Source: Isurus oxyrinchus
Taxonomy: Eukaryota
Reading direction: 5' to 3'
NCBI GenBank assembly: GCA_026770705.1
Contig: JANJGN010000026.1
Coordinates: forward strand, 35,092,001 to 35,156,000
Length of the DNA stretch: 64,000 bases
Positions 24,630 through 37,346 of this stretch are shown here, piece after piece; the stretch's first letter is position 1; the number at the start of each line of letters is the position of its first letter. The notes beneath the pieces were generated by a model that did not search any database, was not told the DNA's origin, and worked only from the letters and a program-made list of their open reading frames with translations. Made by a program: the position numbers and the translations under genes.

Positions 24630-25419
24630 AATTGGGCAGCTTTGGCACTGAGACATAATCCCAGCCTGATGGGATAAATGGAAGTGGATATTAATTCATT
24701 CTGCAGGACTCGGTGATGAGGTGTCATTATTTGTCCTCATTATTTGTCCTCGAATTACGACTCCAATCCCAGAGAAATGTGACTGGCTCTTTAAAGCTTT
24801 GACAAATGAAAGAAAGTTGTGCGTTGTAGCAGGGCAAACAGAGATGGGACACAAATATAAAGAAAAGGTGAAGGAAATACTGAGTAGGTCGGGCAGAATC
24901 TGAGAATAACAACAATATAATTAATGTTCTGGGACAGTGACCTTTCATCAGAACTAGGACGCTTTTACTTGGAAATGAAGGGGAGGGAGAGAAGAAGAAC
25001 AGAAGGGACGAACTATGATGGGGTGCAGGGAGAAGAGATTAAATAAGAAAAATATTCATGGTGCAGTAACTGGACATGTAAAGAAACAGAAAATGTGTCC
25101 ACAGGATGTGTGAATGGCAGGTTTCTGAAAAGTAGGATTCAAAAAGCAAAGAAAATGGAATAAGGGCACATCAGAAACACAAAACAAAACCAACTTGCGA
25201 GGAAAATAGAAATAAAATTGGAAATCAATTCGGCTGGCCAGTAACGCCCACATCCGGAGGATGAAGAAAACTTCCTGAGCCATTACAACACATGATTATT
25301 ACATCTCAAAATCATCATTGCATCCTCTCCCCTTCCTTCTCAGTCTACTACCTTTAATTAAAGTTATGGAAAATTCTCTAGTTCATCTTCTTTATGTCTA
25401 AAACACTTTAGTCCAGTTT

Positions 25420-25686
25420 TGGTGACTTGATGAGCTCTTTGTGCGGTCGACAATTTCACTTGAAATGTTCAGTTTCACAATGAAAACACGCCTGTTTTCC
25501 ATTACAGGAATTCCCAGCAGGGAACAGATTCGTTTTAAATCAATTAACATCAATGGTTCAATGCAACACATGTATGTGATTCCCTCATGGAGGGGCGGGC
25601 TCCACTCTCGGGAATGGATGGAGTCTGTTGCGTGATCCGGACATTGCACACAGCACTCTGTGGCAGATTCTCCTCAAAAAAACGCT
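25420..25686 (+). pseudogene. Possible very old V relic
   Basis: GRQFHLKCSVS...QEFPAG followed by CACAGCA and an A-rich nonamer-like sequence; weak. Confidence 0.25.
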
Positions 25687-26269
25687 AAATTAAAATTAAA
25701 AAGTGCATTTTTCTGCATCCTGGAAATTAGAGATTTAAACAAGAATTAAGTGCATATAACGAACGTGCTAGAAACAGGAGTAAGGCAAGTTACGAAATGC
25801 ATCTGAATCCAATAAGTGGTTTCTTCACAAGTTAGTTCAAATGTCTTACCCAATCACTAAATTGCCCAATCACCAGAATTGTTTTGGGAAACCCGAATAC
25901 ATTGGATAAGGCTTCATGTAAATATGTTCAAGGCTGGGTGAGACAGATTTTTGATCCACCAGATAATCTCCTGTTATGGCTGACATGTAGGAGAGTGGAG
26001 TTAAAACACAGTCAGATCAACCATCTAACTGACTGGCCGAGCAGACTTAAGCGCCAAATGGCTGCTCGTGCTCCTATTACTTATCTTCTTAATTCTTAAG
26101 TTCTTTTGCAACACGCCTAAGAAGAAATCACCTGGCCGTTATGACTTTGCTGTGTGTGGAATCTTGTTGTTTGTGTATTCACCGCCAAGTATCATATATT
26201 ACAACCGTTGATTGGCTGTGAGGATCTTTGGGATATTGTGTCCTTCTGAAATGCGCTATAAATACACGA

Positions 26270-26800
26270 AGGAGAAAGATAGATAAGATAGAGAGCTAGA
26301 GGGAGCCAGAGAGAAATGTCAGAAAGAAAGAGAGAAAGAGAAACGGGTAAAAAAAAGAGAGTAAAGGAGAGATAGAGAAAAAAGTGAAAGGCATATATAG
26401 AGAGAAAGCAAGATAGAGAAAGAGCGATAGAGAAAAAGAGCGAGATAAAGAGAAAAATAGATAGAGGCTCATACAGTCACGGTGAGGAAATTCGAAAGAG
26501 AGGAGAAAAAGGGGGAAGAGAAAGAGACGGCAGGAAACATACAAATTTAAGGCGATAGAGAGGTCGGGGTGGGGGCAGGGATGGAGAGACAAAGAGAAAA
26601 GGATGAGATGAAAAGAGAGGGCTGATATAGGGAATCATACACAAAGAGAGAGAAAGAGAGAATGGTATGGAGAATATCAGAGAGAGAGGGGAAAAGGATG
26701 TAGAAAAGAGAATGAGACAGCTGGGCACAGAGAGGGAGGAGATGGAAAATCAGACACAGGAAGTTAGGCAAAGAAAGATTAGGAGAGAAATTAGAGAGTT
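26270..26800. repeat. Purine-rich (GA) low-complexity tract
   Basis: Almost entirely A/G on the plus strand. Confidence 0.8.
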
Positions 26801-26940
26801 TCATACTCACCATCCCAATTGTTCTGTATTCCCTTGACGGACTCTCACAGTCCTTCTGCCTCCCTTCCCATGGCGAGGAGAGAGACCCTGGGCAACGGGG
26901 TTTGGGCTGGGTGGGGGGAGGTTTAAAATATCAGAGCTGG

Positions 26941-26941
<1 letters not shown>

Positions 26942-27012
<71 letters not shown>
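26942..27012. repeat. (CA)n microsatellite
   Basis: About 35 perfect CA units. Confidence 0.95.
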
Positions 27013-27014
<2 letters not shown>

Positions 27015-28194
27015 GACAGACAGAGAAACCAGATTCAGGCATTAATGCTCACCCAAAGCTGCGTGGTCTAGAAAAAGACACACTGATTCTCCAAACCTCT
27101 TATACCTTCTATGCCTGTCAGTCAAGCTTTTTGCATCTCCCAAATTATAACCCCCTCCCGTCCCCCCCCTCCCGCCATCCAACCAGCTTTCAGCTACCTC
27201 CACCTGAGGCACACCAACCCCAGGTGTGGCACAGAACAACCGAAATATTTGTTTGACTGGGGGGTTGGAAAACAGCAGGTAAATGGTTCAGTGCAGGGTT
27301 GTCTCCCCCCCACTCTCTCTTTCTTCCCCCACCCTCCTCATCAGTCTCACAACTCAGGAACTATGGAGCTGAGAATCTGCAACTTGGAACTAAAGGAGGG
27401 ATCAGTTGGGGATCAGTCATTCTTTCTGTAGCTCATTTTATGCCGGACTGAAGTAGTTAGACGGTTCCATCATCTGTTGCTTTATACTAACATTCCGTCA
27501 AGTTCAAACTTCAACACTTTCTCCCCGCTGTGTCTGTTGCTCACTGCATTGACTATTTCCGTTCAGCTTTACAGGACCATCTCTTGTGTCCACTGGAAAA
27601 CTATGACTCAGTCCAGGTCTTTGCGCTTCAGACCTTACCGGTGCCAATGACACCGGGGCCAGGCTGCATGATTCATGGCAGTGAACTTAGTGCTGAGAAG
27701 TCAATGGTCCAGGCGTTTAAAACATTCAGAGATATTGAAATCCTTTAACACATGAAGGTGTGGGAGGGGGAGGCAAAGAATTAAAGTGCGTTTGGTCTGT
27801 GATATGATGGAAAATGGGGACAGGTGAAATGCTGCTTGGTGCCTTAGCGAGGCTGATCTGGATAGACATGCAGTGGCTCCTGTCTTTCAGCCCGAGTGGG
27901 CTGCATGATGCAGGACTCTGTGTTCTTTGGTTGTACACACACGCACACATTGAGATAAACATCAACTCCTGTACCATGCGGCAATAAGGCTGAAAAACTG
28001 TGCACTTAGCTTCCCAAAGAATACACTTTATTCATGGAATATCTGAAAATGCATTGATTGCAGGACATAAAGTGCAGTGCAGTTCACTCTCCTTCAGTGC
28101 AGTGTGTGTGTGGCACTCTGAGCCACTTCTATACAGTTCCAAATTGGTTAGATTTACAATTCGCATTTCACAATATCAAACATTCTCTGCAGCA

Positions 28195-30178
28195 TAAAAA
28201 CAAAAACTGTGGATGCTGGAAATCGAAAACAAAAACAGAATTACCTGGAAAAACTCAGCAGGTCTATCAGCATCGACGGAGAAGAAAAGTATTGACGTTT
28301 CAAGTTCTCATAACCCTTCCACACAACTGAGTGAATATAAGGAGAGGGGTGAAATATAAGCTGGTTTAGGGTGGGGGCTGAAGGGGAAATGTGGTTGCGG
28401 GCGGGGGGGAGGTGTCGGCAGTGTGGTTGTAGGGACAAGCAAGCTGTGATAGGAGCAGATAATCAAAAGATGTCACAGACAAAAGAACAAAAGAACACAG
28501 AGGTGTTGAAGGTAGTGATATTATCTAAACGAATGTGCTAATTAAGAATGGATGGTTAGGCACTCAAGGTACAGCTCTATTTGGGGTGGGGTGGAAATAG
28601 TAGCAGGGCGTAAAAGATTAAAAAATAATGGAAATAGGTGGGAAAAGAAAAAACTATATACATTATTGGAAAAAAACAAAAGGAAGTGGGAAGAAACAGA
28701 AAGGGGGTGGGGATGAAGGAGGGAGTTCAAGATCAAAAGTTGTTGAAATCAATATTCAGTCCAGAAGGCTGTAAACTGCCTCGTCGGAAGATGAGCTGCT
28801 GTGCCTCCAGTTTGCGTTGGGCTTCACTGGAACAATGCAGCAAGCCAAGGACAGACATGTGGGCAAGAGAGCAGGGTGGAGTGTTAAAATGGCAAGCGAC
28901 AAGGAGGTTTGGGTAATTCTTGCAGACAGACCACAGGTGTGCTGCAAAGCAGTCGCCCATTTTACGTTTGGTCTCTCCAATGTAGAGGAGACCGCATTGG
29001 GAGCAACGAATGCAGTAGACTAAGTTGGGGGAAATGCAAGTGAAATGCTGCTTCACTTGAAAGGAGTGTTTGGGCCCGTGGATGGCGAGGAGAGAGGAAG
29101 TGAAGGGGCAGGTGTTGCATCTTTTGCGTGGGCATGGGGTGGTGCCATAGGTAGGGGTTGAGGAGTAGGGGGTGATGGAGGAGTGGACAAGGGTGTCCAG
29201 GAGGGAACAATTCCTACGGAATGCCGCCGGGGGGTGGGGTGGGCGTGTGGGGGTGTGAAGGGGAGATGTGTTTGGTGGTGGCATCATGCTGGAGTTGGCG
29301 GAAATGGCGATGGATGATGCTTTGAATGCGGAGGCTGGTGGGGTGATAAGTGAGGACAAGGGAGACCCTATCATGTTTCTGGGAGGGAGGAGAAAGCGTG
29401 AGGGCGGATGCGCAGGAGATAGGCCAGACACGGTTGAGAGCCATGTCAATGATCATTGGTGGAAAACCTCGGTTAAGGAAGAAGGAGGACATGTCAGAGG
29501 AACTGTTTTTGCGGGTAGCATCATGAGAACAGATGTGACGGAGGCGAAGGAACTGAGAGAATGGGATGCAGTGCTTACAGGAAGCGGGGTGAGAGGAGCT
29601 GTAGTCGAGGTTGCTTTTGGAGTCTGTAGGCTTGTAATGGATATTGGTGGACAGTCTCTCACCAGAGATTGAGACAGAGAGGTCAAGGAAGGGAAGGGAA
29701 GTTTCAGAGATGGACCATGTGAAAATGATGGAGGGGTGGAGATTGAAAGCAAAATTAAGAAATTTTTCCAAGTCCCGACGAGAGCACGAAGCAGCACCGA
29801 GGTAATCATCAATGTACCGGCGAAAGAGATGTGGAACGAGGCCGGAATAGGACTGGAACAAGGAATGTTCCACATACCCCATAAAGAGACAGACATAGCT
29901 GGGGCCCATGCGGGTACCCATAGCCACACCATTTATTTGGAGGAAGTGAGAGGAGTTCAAGGAGAGATTGTTCAGTGTGGGAAAAAGTTCAGCCAGACGG
30001 AGGAGAGTAGTGGTGGATGGGGGTTGTTCGGGCCACTGTTCGAGGTAGAAGCTAAGGGCCCTGAGAACATCCTGGTGGGGGATGAGGTGTAGAGGGAATG
30101 GACGTCCATGGTGAAGAGGAAGCGGTTGTGGCCAGGGAACTGGAAATTGTTGATGTGATGTAAGGTGTCAGAGGAATA
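28195..30178 (-). mobile_element. Penelope-like retroelement (RT plus GIY-YIG), frameshifted
   Basis: QINGVAMGTRMGPSYVCLFMG and RRYIDD RT motifs; LVYCIRC...LYIGET endonuclease motif. Confidence 0.92.
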
Positions 30179-30601
30179 ACTTCCTCTCTCCTCACCGTCC
30201 AAGAGCCCAAGTATTCCTTTCAAGTGAAGCAGCATTTCACTTGCATTTCCCCCAACTTACTCTACTGCATTCGTTGCTTCCAATGCGGTCTCTTCTACAT
30301 TTACAAAAGTAAACTGGGTGACCGCTTTGCAGGACACCTGTGGTCTGCCCGCAAGAATTACCCAAACCTCCTGTCGCTTGTCATTTTAACACTCCACCCT
30401 GCTCTCTTGCCCACATGTCTGTCCTTGGCTTGCTGCATTGTTCCAGTGAAACCCAATGCAAACTGGAGGAACAGCACCTCATCTTCCGACGAGGCACTTT
30501 ACAGCCTTCTGGACTGAATATTGAATTCAACAACTTTAGATCTTGAACTCCCTCCTCCATCCCCACCCCCTTTCAGTTTCTTCCCACTTCCTTTTGTTTT
30601 T
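30179..30601 (+). mobile_element. Inverted copy of the Penelope 3' (GIY-YIG) region joined to the 5' truncation point
   Basis: KQHFTCISPNLLYCIRC...SGLNIEFNNFRS on the plus strand. Confidence 0.85.
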
Positions 30602-30703
30602 TACACTACTATATTAACCTATATTTCCTGTATTCCCCAACTGTCACGTGTCAGAGCCGTGAACTGATGGCTTGGTACGTTCTCTACAAAGATAAGTCCC
30701 GGA

Positions 30704-30717
30704 GCGCCATCTAGTGG
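30704..30717 (-). promoter_or_regulatory. CTCF-type motif
   Basis: CCACTAGATGGCGC on the minus strand. Confidence 0.7.
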
Positions 30718-31094
30718 GATCCTGCCTGTAAAACAACGACTCTCAATTTATTCTCGAATATTGCTGCATGATATTGCTGCATCACTATTCTGCCACGTGA
30801 TTATGGTTTTTGTAGCTTTAGTTTTATTATTACTGGAAGTTCTATCTTTTCATTGTTTTGCTTATGCTACCGTTACTATTTAACATTAATTCCTAGACTA
30901 TTTGACTCAGTTTTCTGACGTGCCTACGTCAGTAGGACAGTACCTGTTCATTTGCATAAATAGGTGGGCATCTTGTTCATAAATTCATAAATGCGCAACT
31001 GATGAGCTTGTGATTGTTCATTTCGGAAGAATGTAATGCTTGCGAACACCTTAATCATCAAATAACGATGTCAATCAAATTTCAGGATGCCAGA

Positions 31095-31390
31095 TACATA
31101 CGAGCATACAAATACGCTGCCATCCAATAAGGTCATGTCTGATTTGACTGTAACCTCCACCTAACGTCGGTTACCTTCCACTCCCTTGTTTATCAAAAAT
31201 CGATCACCCTCTCCTTGAAAACATTCAAAGACCCTGTTTCCCCTGCCCTTTGAGGCAGGGGTTTCCAAAGACATACTCTTTCTGAGAGAAAATCTTCTTC
31301 TCATCTCTGATTTAAATAGGAGACCCTTTATTTTTAAATAGTGACCCCTAGTTCTAGGTTTTCCCACAAGAGGAAAGATCCTTTCCATGC
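31095..31390 (-). mobile_element. CR1 LINE 3' tail
   Basis: MERIFPLVGKPRTRGHYLKIKG (CR1 TRGH motif). Confidence 0.75.
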
Positions 31391-31554
31391 GTGATTTATT
31401 TTTATAGAGGTCGTTAATCTGTATGCTGTATTATTATGGAATAATTAAAAATATTTTTATTCAGTTACTCGAATGATGAACAGGTTTTTTTGCAGAATCG
31501 CTCCTGCTTCTAAAGCCCATGTCCTGATTGTCTCCCCAGTCCGCATGTCGAATG

Positions 31555-31874
31555 AGTTCTAGTGCAGTCTCCTCCCCTCCGTAACTCCACGTGTTTCACT
31601 GCACTGCTCTACACCGTAGCAACTGGGAACTGAACCGAGTGAATGGTAAGAGTGGTAGAGCCTTTCATATGGTCCACAGATACTTTAAATCTTCCTTCAA
31701 CTCTTTCATCACTGAATATGGAGAAGAGATGCTCTGGGGTCGCAATTAGAGAATTGACGGTGCAAGAATATAAGTTCATTTGCAGAGAAAGTAGAGTTAT
31801 GGTGAAGCAAAATGATTGTCCTTGCGTTCCCGATAAACCAATATCAGAATTTGTTTCCCAGTGACAAGGAGTAG
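31555..31874 (-). pseudogene. TCR V pseudogene of the family lacking both cysteines, with RSS
   Basis: Exon 31594-31874 reads ...GQ/ILLHHNSTFSANELIFLHRQFSN...ERVEGRFKVSVD...ATV*SSAVK; RSS CACGTGG-23-ACTAGAACT. Confidence 0.85.
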
Positions 31875-32124
31875 CTGCCAAAATAAGAATGAAATTAACA
31901 TAATGATATATACAAGGAAAACTAAATGCAGTCCTTGTGGAAAAAGGTACAATAAACTGATCAGTCCACCCTCCAACTATCCACCCTGGGTCCACCTGAG
32001 TTAACAGTGCTGTAAGAATAGCCCATAATTATTAGCTATAGGAACTTCACTTCTGAGAGATTTCATTACCTCTGTTGGCAAATCGATATTCCGAGTAAGT
32101 TCGAAACCAGTTACGCTACAAATA

Positions 32125-32457
32125 GCTGCATGGTGTACTGGTATTATTCCTGCAATAGTTCTTTAAGAATCCGGACTCACCCTTTGGGCGCTCCGGTTCG
32201 AGTCCTGCTAAGTAGAATTTAAACTCAATTTAAAAGTATAATGATGACCATAAAACGGTTGTTGGAAAAACGCATTTGGTTCACTGTTGTCCTTTAGGGA
32301 AGGAAATCTGTCGTCCTTACCTGGCCTGGCCTACATGTGGCTTCAGGCCCACAGCAATGTGGTTGACTCTAAAATGTCCACTGAACGAGGGCAATTTGGG
32401 GGTGGGCAACAAATGCTGGCCTAGCCAGTGACGCCCACATCCCATGAACGAACAAAC
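32125..32457 (+). mobile_element. tRNA-derived SINE with CR1 tail
   Basis: B-box GGTTCGAGTCC; body and tail shared with 4075-4438. Confidence 0.8.
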
Positions 32458-32621
32458 ATTTCCCCCCCCAAAACTGTCTGTGGATTTAGACAAGGACAAA
32501 AAGAGCAATAAAACTGCGGTAAATAGACCTGTCTATTTTGCTTTCCAGGAACCCAGGATGAAACCCTTCCCATCCACAAAAGCACATAAGAAAGCTTATC
32601 GAAGCTGTAAGTGCTCACTGA

Positions 32622-32660
32622 GGTTTTTGTACGGGGTTCTAGCTGTGATCTAACGCTGTG
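32622..32660 (-). other. 23-RSS
   Basis: CACAGCG-23 bp-ACAAAAACC. Confidence 0.92.
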
Positions 32661-33189
32661 ACTCATTGCACAATAATACACCGCACCGTCCTCCACACTC
32701 AGTTCGCTTATGTTGAGGTAACCGTTCTTTTGAGACATATCAGCAGCTGCCAGATACCGTCCTGAAATTTCATTTTTCTTCAGTGCTAAGGCATTGGTAA
32801 TAATCCATGTTAGTGGCTGTGCCGTCTGCTGCCGATACCATTGCATGTAGTTTAGATTCCGATCTGTATATTCACAGTCTAATTGCACCGAACCCCCTTC
32901 CGACGCCGTTATTGCGACCGGGGACTGAGTTACTGGATCTGCGCATCGTCCGCCTGTGAGGTAGAGGAATGAAATATCAAGTGGTTAAACAGTGTTGATC
33001 TCAATTTGTTTGTAGCTGTTTGGGTTTGCAGAACCTCCTATCTACCTAGCTGTCCATACTATGGATATTTCTGATCGTGAATTCTATTAAATACTATCGC
33101 CGTCTCTATACACTAATCTACCGATCTGCCTTGATTAACTAAATCCAGTACTTACTGTCGAACAGCGCCGTCAGTATTATCAGCAACAT
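32661..33189 (-). CDS. Intact TCR alpha/delta V segment
   Basis: Leader 33156-33189 (A|GTAAGT), exon 32661-32953: MLLIILTALFDSGRCADPVTQSPVAITASEGGSVQLDCEYTDRNLNYMQWYRQQTAQPLTWII...LSVEDGAVYYCAMS. Confidence 0.92.
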
Positions 33190-33393
33190 GTCAGACTGAA
33201 TCTCTCCCTCAACGAACGTGAATGGAATGAGCAAGAGACGGAGAAGGAGAGAGGGAACCCAGGCTCTGCCCAGCTCATTGTTCCACCCGCACACTGCAGG
33301 GGGCAAGGCCCATTGTGACCTCACTCAGGAAACCATCCCTATTGGTTTTGGCGTTTCCACCACGTGACTTATTGACGCCCCTGCTTGAATTTG

Positions 33394-33407
33394 GCACCCT
33401 CCGCTGG
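33394..33407 (-). promoter_or_regulatory. CTCF-type motif in a V promoter
   Basis: CCAGCGGAGGGTGC about 205 bp upstream of the ATG; CACGTG E-box at 33361 is conserved in the paralog at 44037. Confidence 0.55.
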
Positions 33408-34307
33408 TGATTTCGGTTAAACCAGCGTTCGGATGCGGCCGTTGAATGGATTCAGGGTTTATTGAAATGCATGTCAGCAAACGAATGCTCCCCAGGAATC
33501 TGAATTGGAGCTGTTCAGACAGTCTTTGCGGCTGCTGATGTTTAGGTTGGGCTTGATGTTAAATCTGTAGAAATGATTGCTGGAGTTCTCTGTCCAAATC
33601 CTGAGCACTACGAAGTAGAAGGAATGTCAAGAGTTTGGAGAAAGTGCCGTCGCTTCACATCAGAATGGCACCAGACATGTGGACATTTATGCGAACAGAC
33701 TAGGCAAACCTGGATTCTTATCCTCGCAACAAAGAAGGTAGAAGAGAGATTCAATTGATGTGCCAAAAATTGTCCTTTACTCAGAGTAGAACGCAATTTC
33801 TTCCCTTGTCAGAAGATTCAATAACCGAATCACTTCGATTTCATGAAAAGATAATAGGGAAAGATTTGTTTTATTTATTACATTGTATATGTTACCATCT
33901 TGAATACGATGCTTGAAATAATGGAGAAAGAGGATTCAATCATAAATTTCAATGCGGAATTGTTATAATTTGGAAAAGGAAAACAACGTGGAAAATGCGG
34001 GCTCTGAAAGGCGATTGGGATCGGTCTTTCAAATAGACACAAATACGCTAAGTGGAGTCCTCATTCCACCCCCTAACTTACAATGCTTCTGCTCCCTTCC
34101 TGCCACTCCCACACTATTTATTCTCAGTCACTTGATGAGTGAACAGGTGCAGCATGCTCACGGTCTCCTGGAGCTTCAACCGTCGCTATTTCCGCTCCAA
34201 CACTTCCGGTTGCAGCTGTTCATCGCCGCGCACTTGTATCAGTTTTCAATCTGCTGCATCTCTGGCCACAGCTTCCATTTGTTCCTCTCCTCAGACCCGA
34301 ATTTGTC

Positions 34308-34556
34308 AGAGACAGTTTGATCCTTAATTGATTTGACAGTTTGATCGTTAATCGATCTGAGATACTAAAGTTGAAAAGTGAGGTACTTCCTGGAGGCCAT
34401 GTGGCCCATTAATCGTATGTCTAGAATTAGCACAAAAAGGCGGAAAAGAGTTTAATCTTTAATGGATGTGAGAGATAGTTTAATCTCTAATCGATCATGG
34501 GAGACAGTTTTCTCTCTAATTCATCTGAGAGACAGTTTGATCTTTAATTGATCTCT
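34308..34556 (+). repeat. Degenerate ~27-bp repeats
   Basis: Recurring GAGACAGTTTGATCTTTAATTGATCT; a related unit lies at about 54080-54110. Confidence 0.65.
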
Positions 34557-35740
34557 CTATAGACATATGTCTCTCTGTGTATGTATGGTTCTCCTTGGCC
34601 TCGTGTGCCTGTGCGTGCGTGCTTGAGTTGATGCACTTCAGAGTACGTGTTTGATTTTACATGTCTGTGTGTGCACCTGCAAGTGCTTTTATGTATTTCT
34701 CTGTGTGCTTATCTCTGCGTGTGTCCGTTGTGTGGGTCTGTGCCGCCATAGTTTTTCCAATGCCGTGTGAGAGGCTTCGCCTGGACACAGCAGGGCTCTA
34801 CTGGGACATTTGATGAAGAATTTTCAACCCAAATACAGTTGAATTAGGTCAGTAACTTCCATACTTTTGTGCTAATTCTGGACATGTGATTATTGGACCA
34901 CATTACCTCCAAGAATTACTTCACGTTTCAACTTAATAAAAAACAGGAGTGAATAGTCCCACAGAGAGGAAAGAGAGAGTAAAATAGGCAGAAAGTGATA
35001 TTGAGAGAAAAAAGAGTAACCCAGAGGGAAACAAGTAGACAAAGCTGGAGGAGAAAGAGGAAGAGAGAGGGAGAAACAAGTGGTATTGGGGGGTGGGGGG
35101 GGGGGGGTGGTGGGGGAGAAATATGGGGTGATGTTGGCGGGGTGCAGAATGTGCGGCATTCTATGTGAAATCCCTCTTTCTACCGGCTGTGAGTATTTTT
35201 CATGGTCATTGAGAAGCTTTTTTAACGGGAGACTCGAACACTGGTCAGAGAACAACTTTAAATATTACCCATTATCGTTCCGCATCAAAGATTGACCCCC
35301 TTAAAGAAACTATATCGGCTTCAATGCAGTTTTCATTATTCTCTACTTCAGAACGTAGTCGCTGAGCTGATGTTAGACTGAGGTTGCTAGATCTATGGGT
35401 ATGAAGGGAAACAAGGGATCTGGGGACAGTGCAGGAAGGTAGATGAGAGTTAGATAGCTAGATTAGAGATAGCTGGTGCTGCAGGGTCGAGAGACCGAAT
35501 GCCCGATCCCAGCTCTTGTTTCATATGTTCTTATGCTCTCTCTCCTTATTTGGAGCTCTCTGGCGTCACGGATTGAAGGAACTGTGAGCTGATTGGGTGA
35601 ATTGAAGGACAAAGAGCTGTGAGCTCAGTCAGGAATAAACCAATCGGGCGCAGGACTGGATATTATTCAACATCTTCTTAACTCTTCACTAAAACAATTC
35701 TGGAATCAATCTATTCAAATCCACCATCGGCTCTGCAAAC

Positions 35741-36248
35741 ATGTTGTCTGTTCATTCTTCACAGCTGCGATTCTCTTAACTGGTAAATAGCCAAGTTACG
35801 CAATTTTCATTTTGCAAGCTATACTGGCACAGTGATCTTCCTTTTAACTATGTTTTCCCTTTATTTGTAAAGGGCTCCGTTAACATGATAACCCTGATTG
35901 TAACAGTGATAATAAAAAGTTGAAGTTCTGTACTTTGAATTTTCTGCAGACTCGGTGTTACAGGAGCCGGTTGCAGGGGCACAGTTTGAAGGAGACTCGC
36001 TGACCATTAATTTCAGCTATTCGACCACGATTGGTTTCTGCTTCTTGCAACTGTACCGTCAGGATGACGAGAAAGCCCCCACAATATTGACCTGTATCCC
36101 TTCCGCTGGGGTTGTTTTCACTGCAGAGGGCGCGAGGGCTTGATTATCTGCATCTCTCGACACTTCCAGAAGTGAGGAGAATTTCGCCATCCGTGACCTG
36201 CGGCTGCCTGACAGCGCGGTGTATTACTGCGGGCTGAGAGACACAGTG
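35741..36248 (+). pseudogene. Pseudogene of the Tyr23/Leu41 family (Phe23 here)
   Basis: Frameshifted leader; exon 35950-36241 reads DSVLQEPVAGAQFEGDSLTINFSYSTTIGFCFLQLYRQDDEKAP...ARA*LSASLD...DSAVYYCGLR; CACAGTG at 36242, nonamer lost. Confidence 0.9.
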
Positions 36249-37307
36249 ACAGGAACCAGAGGGAGCCTTCCTCGTAGAGGAACACTGCAGAAACGTGACC
36301 CGTTGAACGGAATGGCGGGTAGAGTGGGGAGGAACAAAGACTTTCAAAGCATCTAACCGGAATGTGCTCATTGAAAGTAAATCCAAATAAGTAACAACCG
36401 GCTAGCAGCAGGTGCGGCATTTCGAAATTTTCCATTTACATTGAATGCATTCTGAACATCATGTAAATTGTGTTCAGAAAATTCATCCCATTTTGTAAAT
36501 GAGAGGTACAACGGCAGAAATGCTGAGCAAAGTAGTTGACCTTATGTTCCAGCCGGTACAGGGGGTACATACAACACAAATGCAGCATCGGTTATATATC
36601 ACTGAAGGGACGCGCAGCAAAGAAGAACAAAGGCTTTGCATTTTCATGAAGCCTTATCTGGTGTGTTCATATTTCCCAAAGCGCATCCAGTGCTCAAACT
36701 TTCTGACATTGTTAAAAAAAAAGCTTTAGTATTCAGTCGGTTGTCTGAACATCTGTTCCGGTGCCTAAGACACAGCAGCCTGTCCTTGTCGATTATGCAA
36801 TCTATTAATCATTGTTCATCAGCTTCTAATCATGTCTTGAAAATAACCTCTTTGTGCCTGTTTATATTATAGATTCTTAATTTCAATATATGGAAGCAAC
36901 TAATATTGAGAGATATTTAATGAGACCATTATCTTTATTCGGATCCTCCTCACCTGGTGGCCTTATGTCCCACAACTGGTTATTTCAACTTAAAAGAGAA
37001 ACATTTGTTCCTTTGCCGTGAGTTCTTTCATAAACAGCAGTGCACCGATATAAATGGATCCCGGCCACCTTCATGTGTTTGTATTCTCAATGGATATGGC
37101 GACCACTGAGACATTCCCAAATAATCAACAGGATTTTGCCCCACACATTTAATACAGTAATCAGACTGAATCAATATTCAATGTGAGCGATTTTAGATGG
37201 TGCTTATGTGGATTGTGTCCGTACATGATGGACTGACGTGTCAGTGTCCGACCCGCTGTTATAAACATCCCTCAACAGACACCAGCTGTGCCCCAGAAAA
37301 CTGCAGC

Positions 37308-37346
37308 AGTTATTGTGCGAGGTTTTCTCTCGTTCCCATCACTGTG
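37308..37346 (-). other. 23-RSS
   Basis: CACAGTG-23 bp-ACAATAACT. Confidence 0.92.

Noticed and set aside
26296-27013. Hydrophobic or low-complexity ORFs (also 61615-62375 and 60055-60538)
   Set aside because: Translations of GA/CA repeats and N-gaps.
27440-27680. Leader-like sequence with G|GTAAGG donor on the minus strand
   Set aside because: No convincing V exon or RSS downstream.
36030-36100. Extra cysteines in CDR1/FR2 of V 35950 as a replacement disulfide or NAR-TCR-supporting feature
   Set aside because: Single TAC/TAT to TGC/TGT changes in a pseudogene, absent from both intact paralogs.
36121-36134. CAGAGGGCG inside Tyr23-family exons as CTCF sites
   Set aside because: Explained by the AEG codons, and the 5' half of the motif is weak.
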